NCBI RefSeq assembly: GCF_044704955.1
Contig: NC_091994.1
Location: 24,800,001-24,864,000, forward strand
DNA: 64,000 nt
Reading direction: 5' to 3'
Origin: Pristiophorus japonicus
Taxonomy: Eukaryota
This document shows, one piece after another, positions 24,193-36,380 of the stretch. Every line of letters begins with the position of its first letter. Positions within the stretch are counted from its first letter, which is position 1. The notes under the pieces were generated by a model that saw only the letters and a program-made list of their open reading frames with translations, was not told where the DNA came from and did not search any database. The position numbers were made by a program, and so were the translations under genes.

Positions 24193-24615
24193 TGTCAGCT
24201 CTGGCTCAGCAGTAGCACTCTTCCCTCTAAGTCAGAAGGTTGTGGGTTCAAGCCCACTCCAGAGACTTGAGCAATAAAAGTCAGGCTGACATTTCAGTAC
24301 AATGCTGCAATGTCAGAAAAATGGAGTCCTCATATGCCTCCTCAAGTGGATGCACAATTTAGTTCATGGCACTATTTGAAGAAGAGGGGGCGAGATGGCC
24401 TGGCCAACATTTATCGCTCAACCAATGCCACTAAATAATAGATTTCATGGTTAGTTATCTCATTGCTGCTTGTGTGGCCTTGGAGTGTGCAGAATGACTG
24501 CTGCGTTTTCCAACATTACAATAATAACTGCATTTCAAAATATTTCATTGGCCGTGATCCACTTTGGGATGTCCTGAAGAAGTGAAAGGCGCTATATAAA
24601 TGCAAGTGCTTCTTC
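24193..24615 (+). mobile_element. Near full-length tRNA-derived SINE with L2-like tail (DeuSINE/SacSINE-like)
   Basis: A-box-like tggctcagcagtag, B-box-like gggttcaagccc, conserved core, and tail gtgaaaggcgctatataaatgcaag. Confidence 0.8.
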
Positions 24616-26569
24616 TGGGTAGCTAGACAGGATTGGATTCAGCATCTGTCAGTCAACACGTGCGCAAAATCAACGGTCATCATAGAATTCCATTTTAATG
24701 TTGTAGAATTCCCACGAACAGTACCAATAAAATGTACAACTTATCAATTATTAGTCAGCAGAGAGGAGCACAGCCCTTTTGTTGGTTTAAGGTAAGTGTT
24801 AGCCCCAGTCAAGGACATCTATACGGGACAACTAAAGGTGCAAGTGAGCAGTTTAACCATGTCTGTAGCTCAATGATTTATGTGAGATTAAAACTTGCAG
24901 GTACAATAATCATGGAATGATAGTTTATTTTTAAAGCAGTGAATAAGCTACCATTAAAAGATTTCAACTAGTACAATACCTATCTTGTGCTGTAGTAAAT
25001 GTTCTACTGATCTGAGAGTGGTGGCAGCAGATTCCGATTTATAGCCAGCAACCCAGAGTTATGTATGGGGTAGGTACCAGGAGATTGCTCTTTGCATGTG
25101 TATTCACACCTATGTACAGAGCTGAGCACCTGGCTAGTAAATATTTAATGTTTTGAGAGCATGGACAGGAGCACTGGTTTTCTTAAAAAAAACCCACCCT
25201 GATTAAATTTATAAAACTTCCCTGCATACGTTGTGAAGCTGGCTTGACACCGCACTAAAGTTATACACCACATATTGTCAAGCCCAAATAGTGTGAGGAG
25301 GTCTTTCTGTGGGGGTCTCAGGCCACTGTGTTCTGTGAACTGCTCGACAATGACCAAGAATGACAACCTTATTACTCCTATTGTTAGTTTTTCTAACACG
25401 ACGTGAATTAGTGTTACTATTATGGTTTAGAATTCTTTGGCCATTTTCCGATAGAAAGGATTTGGGCATGAGATCTTTTAAAATGTATTTTGAGCAAAAC
25501 CTTTTCTAATAAGGGTTAACATCTCAAGGTAGCTCCATGCAGATTGTGGATCCTTAGGCAGAAGAGTGGTAATTAAAATGCTGGCCGGTTGTTTCTTTCA
25601 GAGACCAAATGATGGCCAATTTGCTAATGCTTCTGGTCATTCAGAAAAACACCGCTCACCTCAGAAAGGCACCTAGCATCTTGCTGTTGAAGAACACTTT
25701 TGATCTCTGTAGATCAGAGAGAGGCTTTTAAAAATTCAGAAGTCAGGCTGCAGAAAGCTGCACTGGAGGAAGACCATTATCCTGCGTAACAGGACAGGAA
25801 TATTGTCCTTTTAAGTTGAGTGAGGTGGCCCACCTATGTGTCTTAATGCTTGTGTGCTTGTTATTTTTATGAGAATATGCGCATGGCAGTTGCACCAGGC
25901 AAACTCTCACCATTCTCATTGGTCTGTGTGTTTTACTTACTGTGGAATAAAGCACATTGGCCTGGAGTTCCCTTCTGATTTGCACCCATGTTGGAAACTC
26001 CGGCCCATTCTGATTCAAACCAGGCGTCACCTCACCTAATGTTAATTGGTTCCACCTTTGAATAGATTGAAGTGTACACACGTATAAGCCATAGAGATCC
26101 AATCCAAATCACAAGGGAATTTTGTTTTTCAGACTCCCAGGTCCCTCTCCCCGTTCCAAGGAGATATAAGACAGTGGCAGGCATTTCCAGCAAAAAAAGG
26201 CATGCAGACCACTTGAGGGAGCAACTGACACCATTGACCCCGAAGAGATGATCTCTGGCAGGCACGTATTTGTAACAGCTGCATTTCTGCATAGCCACCA
26301 CTGCCCTGAATGACGAAATACTGAAGTTTGGCAATGAAATCCAGACTTAAGGGACAGCAGAATAAATGCATTCCATTAGTTAGAAGTGCATTAGAGGAGG
26401 CAGGAAGTGATGCAAGCAATAAGGGAAATAATGAGATAAGGGAAAAAAAAGCCTATTACATTATAATTAAAGATAGGGATGAGTACAGGAAAAGGATAAA
26501 GTGTCGGCCAGTATCAAATATTTGACTCACTAATTCAGAAACAATTACAGCAGCCACCTCCTTTAATAC

Positions 26570-26735
26570 CCTGGGGTGGAACTTTTGCAGGAGTTCTCCC
26601 AATCTACCACTGTAACTTTGGCAGAAACCCAGAGAAGCAGCACCAGCAGCTGTTTTCACCGTTTCTCTGTTTTTTTTTCACAGATCTCTTGAAGTTACAG
26701 TGAGGAACCGGAGAATCCTGGTGGAAATTCCTGCT
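26570..26735. mobile_element. Short palindromic MITE-like remnant
   Basis: ttctcc...cactgtaacttt vs gaagttacagtg...ggagaa form inverted arms; a similar right half lies at ~38220-38270. Confidence 0.45.
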
Positions 26736-28619
26736 GTTTGTTTTGAAGCCTGTCAGGACCTTGTACCTTGCGCTCTTTTAGTGTCCTTAGTCATGTCATT
26801 TGTGGGTGACGTTCAATTCTCTCAGCTTTTTTCTCTCTTCCTCTTGCCACAGCGACATGCATAATACTAATCCTGTAAGACTTTTTTCTGTAACATGGCT
26901 GCCCACTGAGGGGAAAGTCTGTGTGCTGCAAAATGCAACAAGAAACTGAAGTTCCCCAGACCACCGTTCGTATCAAACAGTGTAATTCCAGCTTTACGCC
27001 TATTATGTTTTCTAAAAGCATTCGGTAGCAAATGTAACTTTACAGATTGTTTATATTATCATATTTTTAATGGTTTTACCACAAAAAAGATCATGATCTT
27101 GGTGAAGAGAGATATGCAGGAAACCTACCAGTCAGTCTAGAAAGAGATATACATGCAGTTATCTTCTAACAAGAGGGCTATTCAATTCATAATTGAAGAA
27201 GTGGAATGTTTGAGTCCCAAAAGTTCTCCAATGGCAGACCTGGTGAATCACATATTGTTCAACCTCAGAGCAGAGAAGAACTCTCTCTCTCTCTCACAGC
27301 ATTCCAAGCACGTTTATGAAGTTGCAAAGAAATAGACAGACTGGACTCTCGGGTCTCGCCTTCCCTTTCCATCCCACCCTGTTCCAGCTGCAATAAAGCC
27401 TCTAGATGCAGAGAGTTAATGAGCCAAATGTCCAATGGGTTTTACAAAAATGAAGTGATTCCAGAAGCCATTCAGAAAAAGATCCCAGAAGGAGAAGGAT
27501 CCAGAATGTAGCTGAAAACAATCAACCAGGGGGGCTGTAGTTTGGTTCTGTAAATTGTAAGCACAGGGCCGTGCATTTCTCAAACATGTCTTCAATACAT
27601 GGTATAAAGAAAAGAGACTGGATGTGAATTATGCAAGAAATGCGTACAATTTATACAAGTGGTGCAGCTAGCTGAGGTATTGGACAAATTAATATCAGCC
27701 TCTGTATCACCAAAATTCATTGTCCTGCTCTCAAATATCAGTTCATTTTCCATGCCAGGCATACAATGTAGCAGTTTGCAACACACGCCACAGGGATTAA
27801 CACTGAGACACACCAAATTATACTGAGACAACTATGAATGAACTGATAACCTAGAAATTACTGAGAGAAGCTATTGTATGAACATTTAACATGCTCATTT
27901 CAAATTCATTTCCCTGCTACTTTAGATCAGTGCCTCTTTAAAAAAAGAGGAGTAACAAAGTTTGATATGACCGTGTTAAGTGTACCACAGTAACTTCTAG
28001 CTGACAACTTTCGCCGTTAGGTGTGCACTGTAGGGTGACTTCATTTTCTATCAGACCCATTTTGTAGGCAAACCTGGTACAGAAGTCACTCTTCATTTAA
28101 AAGAAATCAGGCACACATAACAGTGCAACCTAAATTCAAGATTTGTCAGTATTTTATAATTTGGAAATGGGTTCCTTGAGCTGGTGAATTACATTATTTT
28201 ATACCCACTCTCAACCAGACTCTTGAGATAAACCACTTTAACAATCTAATTTGGTTGCTTTCAAATATTAATATTTTAAAAATGTGCTTTTCAAAATAGT
28301 CATCCCCTAGAATACTAAAGGATAAAGGTTTATTTCAATTTGCACTGTGTAGCCAAACTTCTGTGTCCCATCCCTCACAGGGAGAGTGGCTGGTATTCAG
28401 TGTTACATTAAACTCCAGTTCCTGCATAATTATTTTTTGTTGTAATTTTCAAACACTTGGAGCCACTTAATTCTGTGCTGAGATTGGCTTCTTGAGATTT
28501 GATTCTGTGCTCTAGAACTGCAACATCATTAGCCAAGCAGTTGTCACACATAGCAGGTAGCATCACAAGGGCACTATTGATGCAGAGGTAAGTGACTCCA
28601 AGTGTATATTTATTTATGC

Positions 28620-29265
28620 CGCATAAATACTGTGGCTCCAAGAGCAGGTCAGAGGCTGGGTATTCTGCGACGAGGTATTAACTCCCCTAAGCCTTTCTAC
28701 CATCTACAAGGCACAAGTCAGGAGTGTGATGGATTGCTCTGCACTTGCCTGGATGAGTGCAGCTCCAACAGGGTTGTTGGAGGCCAATCATCTCAGCCCC
28801 AGGACATTGCTGCAGGAGTTCCACAGGGCAGTGTCCTGGGCCCAACCATCTTCACCTGTTTCATCAATGAACTTCCCTCCATCATAAGGTCAGAAATGAG
28901 GATGTTCGCTGATGACTGCACAGTGTGCAGTTCCATTCACAACTCCTCAGATAATGAAGCAGTCTATGCCCGCATGCAGCAAGACCTGGATAACATTCAG
29001 GCTTGTGCTGATAAGTGGCAAGTAAAATTCGTGCCACACAAGTGCCAGGCAATGACCTACAAGAGAGAGTCTAGCCACTGTGATACACTATGCTGACTTG
29101 GAAATATATCACTGTTCCTTCTTCATTGCTGGTCAAAATGATGGAACTCCCTCCCTAACAGAACTATGGGAGTATCTTCACCACACAGATTGCAGTGGTA
29201 CAAGAAGGTGGCTCACCATCATCTTCTCAAGTTTCTCAACGGAGATAGGCAATAAATGCTGGTCT
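28620..29265 (+). mobile_element. CR1-group LINE RT fragments (rearranged)
   Basis: AGVPQGSVLGPTIFTCFINELP...MFADDCT...MQQDLDNIQ..ADKWQV.F.P.KC. Confidence 0.85.
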
Positions 29266-29389
29266 TTGGACAATTTCAGAAAAACCCTGTGAAATTCCTC
29301 CTTGGATCCACAAGTTAATCAAGCAAGCTTCAGGAGACCACAGGTACCCATTACAAATCACTAAACATACTTACATTACCTCAATTTCC

Positions 29390-30290
29390 TTAGGAGTATA
29401 GGACTGTACAGAATTGGAATCTACTATCTGCATCTATCAGATCAGTCCCTAACGTCTCAGACAGCTTACCCCACTTAACCTTTAATAGCCCTGTCTGTTG
29501 AACATTTATCTATAACTATGTTAAGATTTATAACATCTTCCTCTTCCACTGCCTCATTGAGTAGGCTATTCCACATGTTTACCACCCTCAACATGAAGAA
29601 GTTAACATAACTCTGTACAAACTGCTGCTTGCTTCAGGCTGAATCCATGTCCCTTGTGCTTGAGCTTGTGTTAATATCGAACATCTAGGATCTGGGTTAT
29701 ATGTCAATAAGATCATAAGATCATAAGATAATCTCTAACTGCACGTTTTGCAATGTAATCATCCCTTATACCCTTACTCTTCCTCACAGCTCAGATAATC
29801 AAATTTTATTTGGCAATGTAGCTGCCCGTCTTTGTACTCACTCCAAGACTAGGAGATCCATTTTGTGATATGGTAGCAGAGCTGTGCACAATAATCAAGG
29901 TATGGGAAGACCAGTACTTTACAAAAGCTAATAACATGGGACTTGTGCTCTTCCCCTCAAACTGTACATCATAGAATCCTTATGTCATTTTTATCACCAC
30001 TGCACTGTCTTTTCCACTAAAATTCCCAGATCCCTTTCCTGCATTGCTTCCGATAGACTCGATCAATTTTGTATTCCTGTATTTGTTTTTTTTCCCAGCT
30101 TCATATTTTTGTCCTGCTCTACATTTAACAACATGTCCTACTTTTTGGTCAAATCCCCAAACCTGTCCAGAACCTTCTACAACTGGGCAGCTTGTTCCTA
30201 TTATTTACAACCCAACCAAATTTTGTACCAAATGCAAACATGAAGAACATTGTTATTGTCCCTTCATCCACTTAACATCAAAAAGTGAAA
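29390..30290 (-). mobile_element. Old CR1-like LINE remnant
   Basis: Degenerate matches to the CR1 3' region (ttccacatgtttaccaccctc..tgaagaag; gctgtgcacaataatcaagg). Confidence 0.45.
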
Positions 30291-30309
30291 TGTGAGTAAC
30301 TGCCTTCAA

Positions 30310-30970
30310 TAGCAAAGCAACATTTGATCAAATGTGGCACCAAGGAGTATTAGCAAAACTGAAGTCAATAGCGGTCAACAGAAAATCCTCCAATGATTGG
30401 ACTCATACCTGGCACAAAAGATGGTGGTCATGATTGTTGATGCCAAACTGTGCAACCTCAAAACATAATCGTAGGAGTCCCTCAAAGCAGCATCATTGGC
30501 CCAACCATCGAAAGGTGCTTCATCTATGAGCATCCCTTCATCTTAAGGTCAGGTGTGTGGTAGTTTGCTGATGATTTTACAGTGTTTATGCCCATTCACA
30601 ACCCTGATGGTGAAATTGTCAACCTACAGCAGGACCTGGACAACACCCCCGCTGACAGTGGGAAGTAATATTCACAGCATCAAGGAAATGTGCAATCGTT
30701 TCCCCCTGACCCTCAACTGCACTACCGTTGATGAACATTAACACCATCAACATTATGGGAGTCACCATTGACCAGAAGCTTAACTGGAACAACCATATCA
30801 ACAATGTGGCTACAAGAGCAGGACAGAGACTAGGTACTCTGTGAAGCGTGCCTCTGCTCCTGACCATTCAAAGCCTCTCCGCTATTTACAAGGGTCAAGT
30901 CAGGAGTGTGATGGAACAACACTCAAGAAGTTCAACACCGTCCAGGACAGAGCAGTCAGCTTGATCAGTG
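30310..30970 (+). mobile_element. CR1-group LINE RT fragment (same family as 28620-29265)
   Basis: ggagtccctcaaagcagcatcattggcccaacc, tttgctgatgatt, ggagtcaccattgaccagaagcttaactgg. Confidence 0.75.
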
Positions 30971-31737
30971 TTGGCACAGGAACTCCCGCCTTGCGGCTGT
31001 TACCGTCCCCAATCGGGCGGTACGCAATTTCAGCCCTTGTTATATTAAATCTACTCACTTCAGTTAACTCAGTTGTATCCACAAAAAACTGTAGTTGATT
31101 TGTCAAGCATTGTTCACCATTTTTATTATCATTCTGCCTTTCTCCTGCTGCTTTACTATTCTCCATTTTAAGATGTATTCAAGTCTATTAGCTAATTTCT
31201 TTAGTACTCTTCTTTGAAACCCTCCAGAGAAGGGAGCACTGCTCTATTTTAGTGTCCTTATTTTATCACTTCATTCTATATATGTCAGTTTTTCTTCCTC
31301 TTGCCCTTTAAATTTCTACCCCGTATGGGGAAGGCAGTCTCCAGATGCATGTGTAAATACTGACCCAAAGAAATCATTAAGAATATCTGCCATTTCTTAG
31401 TCATTCATTGCCAAGTCCCTTCGGGGAATTTCCACTGTTTCTCTAGTCAATTTTTGTAAGCTCTTTTACTCCGTCCATACCTTTAACTAAACCTGTAGCT
31501 TTATAATTCGGACGAAACTCTCTGAAACCCCACACCACCAGTGGGGCCTCGCATGTGCTGTACTGCCTGTCATTTTCCATTTGTTGATTTCAAATTGGAT
31601 GTAAATTCACGGGCAGTGTCGTCGCAATTTTCTGGTGCGTGGACTGGAGCATATAAGGGCCTGCTAATGGGACGTGTCTCTGAAAATGTTGCACTTAATG
31701 CAAGACTATTTTTATGATCCCTTATTCCCTGCATTAA

Positions 31738-32146
31738 ATGAAATAACTTGAATTTACATAGCACTTTTCACAATCATCAGAAAATTTCAAAGCACTTCTA
31801 AACCGAAGCATTGGGTTTTGAAGTGCAGTTGCTGTGATGTAGGGAAATCCAGAAGCCAATTTTGAACAAGGAAATGAGATGCAAGACGGTTTAATCTGGG
31901 CTTTCTTTGATGGCATTGGCTGTGGAAAGAATGTTGAACGGGCGCTGGAGAACCTGCTGCTCTTTTTCAAATAGTGCCATGGGATCGTTTACATCCACAT
32001 GAAATGTCTCATCTGAAATACAACATTTCTGATAGTTCAATGCCTTACAGAGGGAGTGCTGCACTGTCAGCCCAGTATATGTGGTCAAATCCAGGAGTGA
32101 ACCTTGAACTCTTGGGTTCAGAGGCAAGAATGCTGTCAACCGAGCC
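31738..32146 (-). mobile_element. tRNA-derived SINE
   Basis: Reverse-complement homologue of 24193-24615. Confidence 0.75.
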
Positions 32147-32212
32147 AAGATGTCACTTCCCTTGTTGCTAATGCCCTATCTCCTTATCTGAGCATTTTGT
32201 TACCCGATATAA

Positions 32213-33493
32213 TGGGCCCAAGTTTCCACATGATTTGCGCCTGATTTTTAGGAGCAACTGGTGGAGACCGGACTATCTTAGAAATCACAATTCTCCACAT
32301 TTTTCCACAGTGAAAACGTACTCCAAAGTAAAGTAGAATGGAGCAAGTGAAGATTTTTGTAGAACTGAAAAAACCTGTTCTACACATTAAAAAATCAGGC
32401 GCAGGTTACAAATTAGGCGTCCAGAACGAGGTGGGGGGGGAGGGGGGGGAAGGGAACTCATTAAATTCTACAATAAATCCTTATTTGTACCTACAAATAT
32501 TATACAAATAAATCCAACCTGAATAAACATTTATAAGCAAAGAAAAGATTAAATAAACCATCTTCCTACCTGCGTGAAAGTGCATCAGGCACGGAGAATT
32601 CTGCAGTCAGCCTGAGGCGCCCGTTCTTCCCGCGGGGGGGGGGGGTGAGGCGCCCGTTCTGCCCGCGGGGAGGGGGGAGGGAGGGGAGAGGAGGCGCCTG
32701 TTCTTTCCCGCGGAGGGGGGTAGGAGGCGTCGTTCTTCCCGCGGGGGGTGGGGGGTGAGGCGCCCGTTCTGCCCGCGGGGGGGGGGGGGGTGAGGCGCCC
32801 GTTCTGCCCGCGGGGGGGGGGGAGGGAGGGGAGAGGAGGCGCCTGTTCTTTCCCGCGGGGGGGGGAGGTGCCCGTTCTGCCCGCGGGGGGGGGGGGGGAG
32901 GGAGGGGAGAGGAGGCGCCTGTTCTTTCCCGCGGGTGGGGAGGCGCCCGTTCTTTCCCACGGGGAGGGGGTAGGAGGCGCCCGTTCTTTCCCACGGGGAG
33001 GGGGTAGGAGGCGCCCGTTCTTCCCGCGGGGGGGGAGGGGTAGGAGGCGCTCGTTCTTCCCGCAGGGGGGGTAGGAGGCGCCCGTTTTTCCCGTGGGGGA
33101 GGGGGGAAGGAGACAGTGAGAAGGCTGCAAGTGCTGATGTGCTGATGGCAATGTGCTTTTATTAAAAAAATGTTCAAAAATTAAACAGCTACAAAGAACT
33201 ACAAAAATGGCCAAGTGCCAATGTTTTTTTCACACTGAGCATGCGTGAACGCTCCGATGCGCACGCGCAGCGTTGCCGGCAGGAAAAAAACTAATTTAAA
33301 TAGTACCCACCCCCTCCCACTTACAAAATTGGCGCGAGTGTAGGCTCCGCCCCCCTGGGCGCCGCGCCAGGCAGACAAGGAGCTGCAGAACGCTCCAGAA
33401 TCGCGATTTTTTTTAGGCGCCGTTTTAGGCGCGAAAAACGGGCGCCCAGCTCGGAGGGGCGCCCGTTTTTTATAGTGTGGAAACTTGGGTCCA
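32213..33493. mobile_element. Young non-autonomous PIF/Harbinger element with TIRs and TAA target-site duplication
   Basis: TIRs tgggcccaagtttccaca (32213-32230) and tgtggaaacttgggtcca (33476-33493), 17/18 complementary; TAA at 32210-32212 and 33494-33496; CpG-rich interior. Confidence 0.88.
32612..33110 (+). repeat. G-rich minisatellite inside the Harbinger MITE
   Basis: Repeated gaggcgcccgttct(t/g)cccgc followed by variable poly-G runs; source of the spurious Pro-rich ORFs. Confidence 0.9.
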
Positions 33494-35844
33494 TAATGAG
33501 GAGATTGCAGAACAAATACATTCTGTCTCCAAATATATTCCATTTATGGTTTTCATCTATCCATCTAACAGTGTATACTAATTGATCATTCTTAGTTCCT
33601 TTCTCAATGGGTCACAATAATAAAATAATTAAAAAGAAAAAATCATGACATTATATTCCGTTACTTAAAATTTTATAAATTAAATATGTAAATTCATTAA
33701 TATTCTGAAAGCAAGCAGTGGATTGTCAAAGGAGGGCTACCATCAAAACAGAACACTCTCTGGTTGATAGTACATTCCAGGCCCTTCTCCAAACACTGAA
33801 GGTGTCATCTGGGGATGAGAAACAGCCTTTGCAATTGTTTAGGAACACCGTGGGTGATCTATAACTATAGTTTTAATGACCATTTGTTTGTGATTTTTAT
33901 TAGCCTTCCTATTAAATTGTACACCTCGATTCCCAGAATACCAGTGTTAAAGTGTATTGATTGCTGACAGTTATTCAGCAGAAATGAAGGTTACTGCTAT
34001 CCAGAGAGTGTTCTGCTCAAACCAGAGTGTAGGTTTGTGTGGCAAGAAGGTTAAAACAATGCCTCTTTAACAACCACACACATTAACAAGTCCATGATCA
34101 TCGAAAAGCACTTCCTATTTTACATTGCGCTGCTGTATCTGGGGCTCACCCCTGTAAGGTACTCTTGATGTGTGTGGTAATTAAGTAAACCACAAACGTT
34201 GTGTATCGGTAGAGATTGATTCTGCACATGCGTGTTTTACTATCTTCTGACTGGCCCTGCTCCCATGGAGCGATTCGTCTGATAGCTTACAGATGAGATT
34301 AACAGCAGCTGTGGCTTCTCGAACTGCATTATGAGTGGTTGAAAATGGATACCGTCTTGGTGTTTGGGTATCAAAAATGTGGCATAATATGGTGCTTCCT
34401 AATCTTTGCATTTGTGATGCCAATTTGATCAATTTTAAATCCATTTAGCAATAAATGCTTTTGATATCCATTATCTCTTACAACACTGGCCAGTGTTGCA
34501 CCAGCTGATGAGAGCTCTTGCCTATCCATCAAGGTTTATTTGGGGCACTGTGTCTCTCAGTACAGATCCACTCCCCAACACACATCGGCTCTACTCAAAG
34601 GGGATAATGCGAAACTCTCTGAACCCGGCAGAAAAAGCAAATTAAAATAATCTGAAGACAAATAATTTAATGTTGAAATCTGTCTTTTTTCACACATTAG
34701 GCCAGGAACCATTCATTTATTTCTAACAAGAAAACACTAAGCCTGGCTTTTGAGAATATACTGAGCACTTTGCTGATCAAGCTGTACACAAATCTTCCTG
34801 GCTCACTCTAATTACTGTTCTGAGAAAAATCAATTTGAGTGAGACGGAGAGCTATTTACCACCACTGTCTAACCTGTTCCCAGGCCATCTCATTCACAGC
34901 GTACATCACCCAGAGCAAATCAGTGGAGACTGTTCAGTATATTCAAAGCATTCTGTTTCCATCAGGGAAGTCAGACTTTCACATCTATAAATAGCTAGGG
35001 GTGCAGTACAATTGAAAACGTACAATATTGAATGGGTACTAATGTGTATGGAATGCTTTTACAATTTTCCTTTGATGCAGGAGATTTTCAATATGATTTT
35101 TCTTTTTTGTTAGTTATCCCAAGCTTTTGAATGGGAGCTAAGTGCTCCCATTCGAGGAATTATTTTACTTCTATGAACTGGATGGTATATGTGTGACTTA
35201 TGTGGGACCAGAACAACTGCTGGAAAGAATCTCACACCCTTCCCAATACAACTGCAGTAACTCAGAAATTCAAAAGCATATTACTATAGACTAACTTTAG
35301 GCTTGGCAAAATGTTACAGGTGAACATATACCATTCTAGAGTGCCAACCCACTCCTGATCAGGTTGCGGAAGTCTACGGCAACAATAATTTAAAAGAGCT
35401 CTTTTCATTCCACTTTCTGGTCTACCCATCCACCAGCTTAAAGCATCTGTACAAATCCTACTGAATTTAGCTGCTGTATTAATTCATAGGTGTAATTTGT
35501 GTTACTAAGGAAGACATTCCAACCCATTTGAGGGTTTGCGTGTTGCTGCACAATATGGATGGTACACCTGGAGGGACAATAAAGTGACGAAGGCAGCAAT
35601 TGATTGCCTGGAAGATGCAGAATTACTGTAGAGTTTAAGTTTGTGTCTGCAGGAGAAAAGAATAAGTTACTGGAATTGAGGTCAGTTAAGAGCAGTGGCA
35701 TAGCATTGCATCCCGAGTAAAATTATTCAGATGAATCTTAGAAACATAGGAAGAGGAGCAGGCTATTCAGCCCCTATAGCCTGTTCCATCATTCAAATAT
35801 ATGAAAGGGTATGAAGTTGGGATACTTAAATGGTAGATACCCAA

Positions 35845-36380
35845 TAATCACAGCAGAAAAAGTTAGGGCTTGTCCATTCTAGTCTAAGTTAATTTTTAAC
35901 AGCGCGATAAGTCTTAATTCCTGTCAAACAATCTCTCTGGCACTGAAAAGTAACTTTTACAAGTGTGGAGTCTCATTCCTTCAGCTTTTAATTATTGTCG
36001 GAGAATTTTTTAAAATTAATATAAATAAAATATATTCATTTTACTTTTATCTTTGTCTCTCTTATCTTCCTTTCTTCATCTCATCTTTCTTTACCTCTCT
36101 CTATTTTGCTTTCTGTACATGATTTGGCATTGAATGAACTATTCTAACTTACACTTCCTGGCTCCGACTATGCGTGCCTCAGTAAGGATTCGTCAATCTG
36201 ATTGGTGAGAGGAATATACAGTTGCTTGTCCTGTTCACGTACGTCCCAGATTCCTGCATTGTTTTGGATTTCTAATTACCGCAACTTCCAGTGTAAAAGC
36301 CCATGGAAAGTTTGTGGGCAAGTGTAAGTGTAATGATCGGTTAGTGCCGTTTATTCGCTGCTGGCCGCAAAACCAGGACT
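35845..36380. mobile_element. MITE family A, partial copy
   Basis: Strong similarity to 21215-21713. Confidence 0.65.

Noticed and set aside
24193-24280. tRNA gene (A/B boxes)
   Set aside because: Head of a SINE continuing into the SINE core and L2-like tail; no complete cloverleaf.
32566-33214. 200-aa Pro/Arg-rich ORFs
   Set aside because: Translations of the G-rich minisatellite in a MITE.
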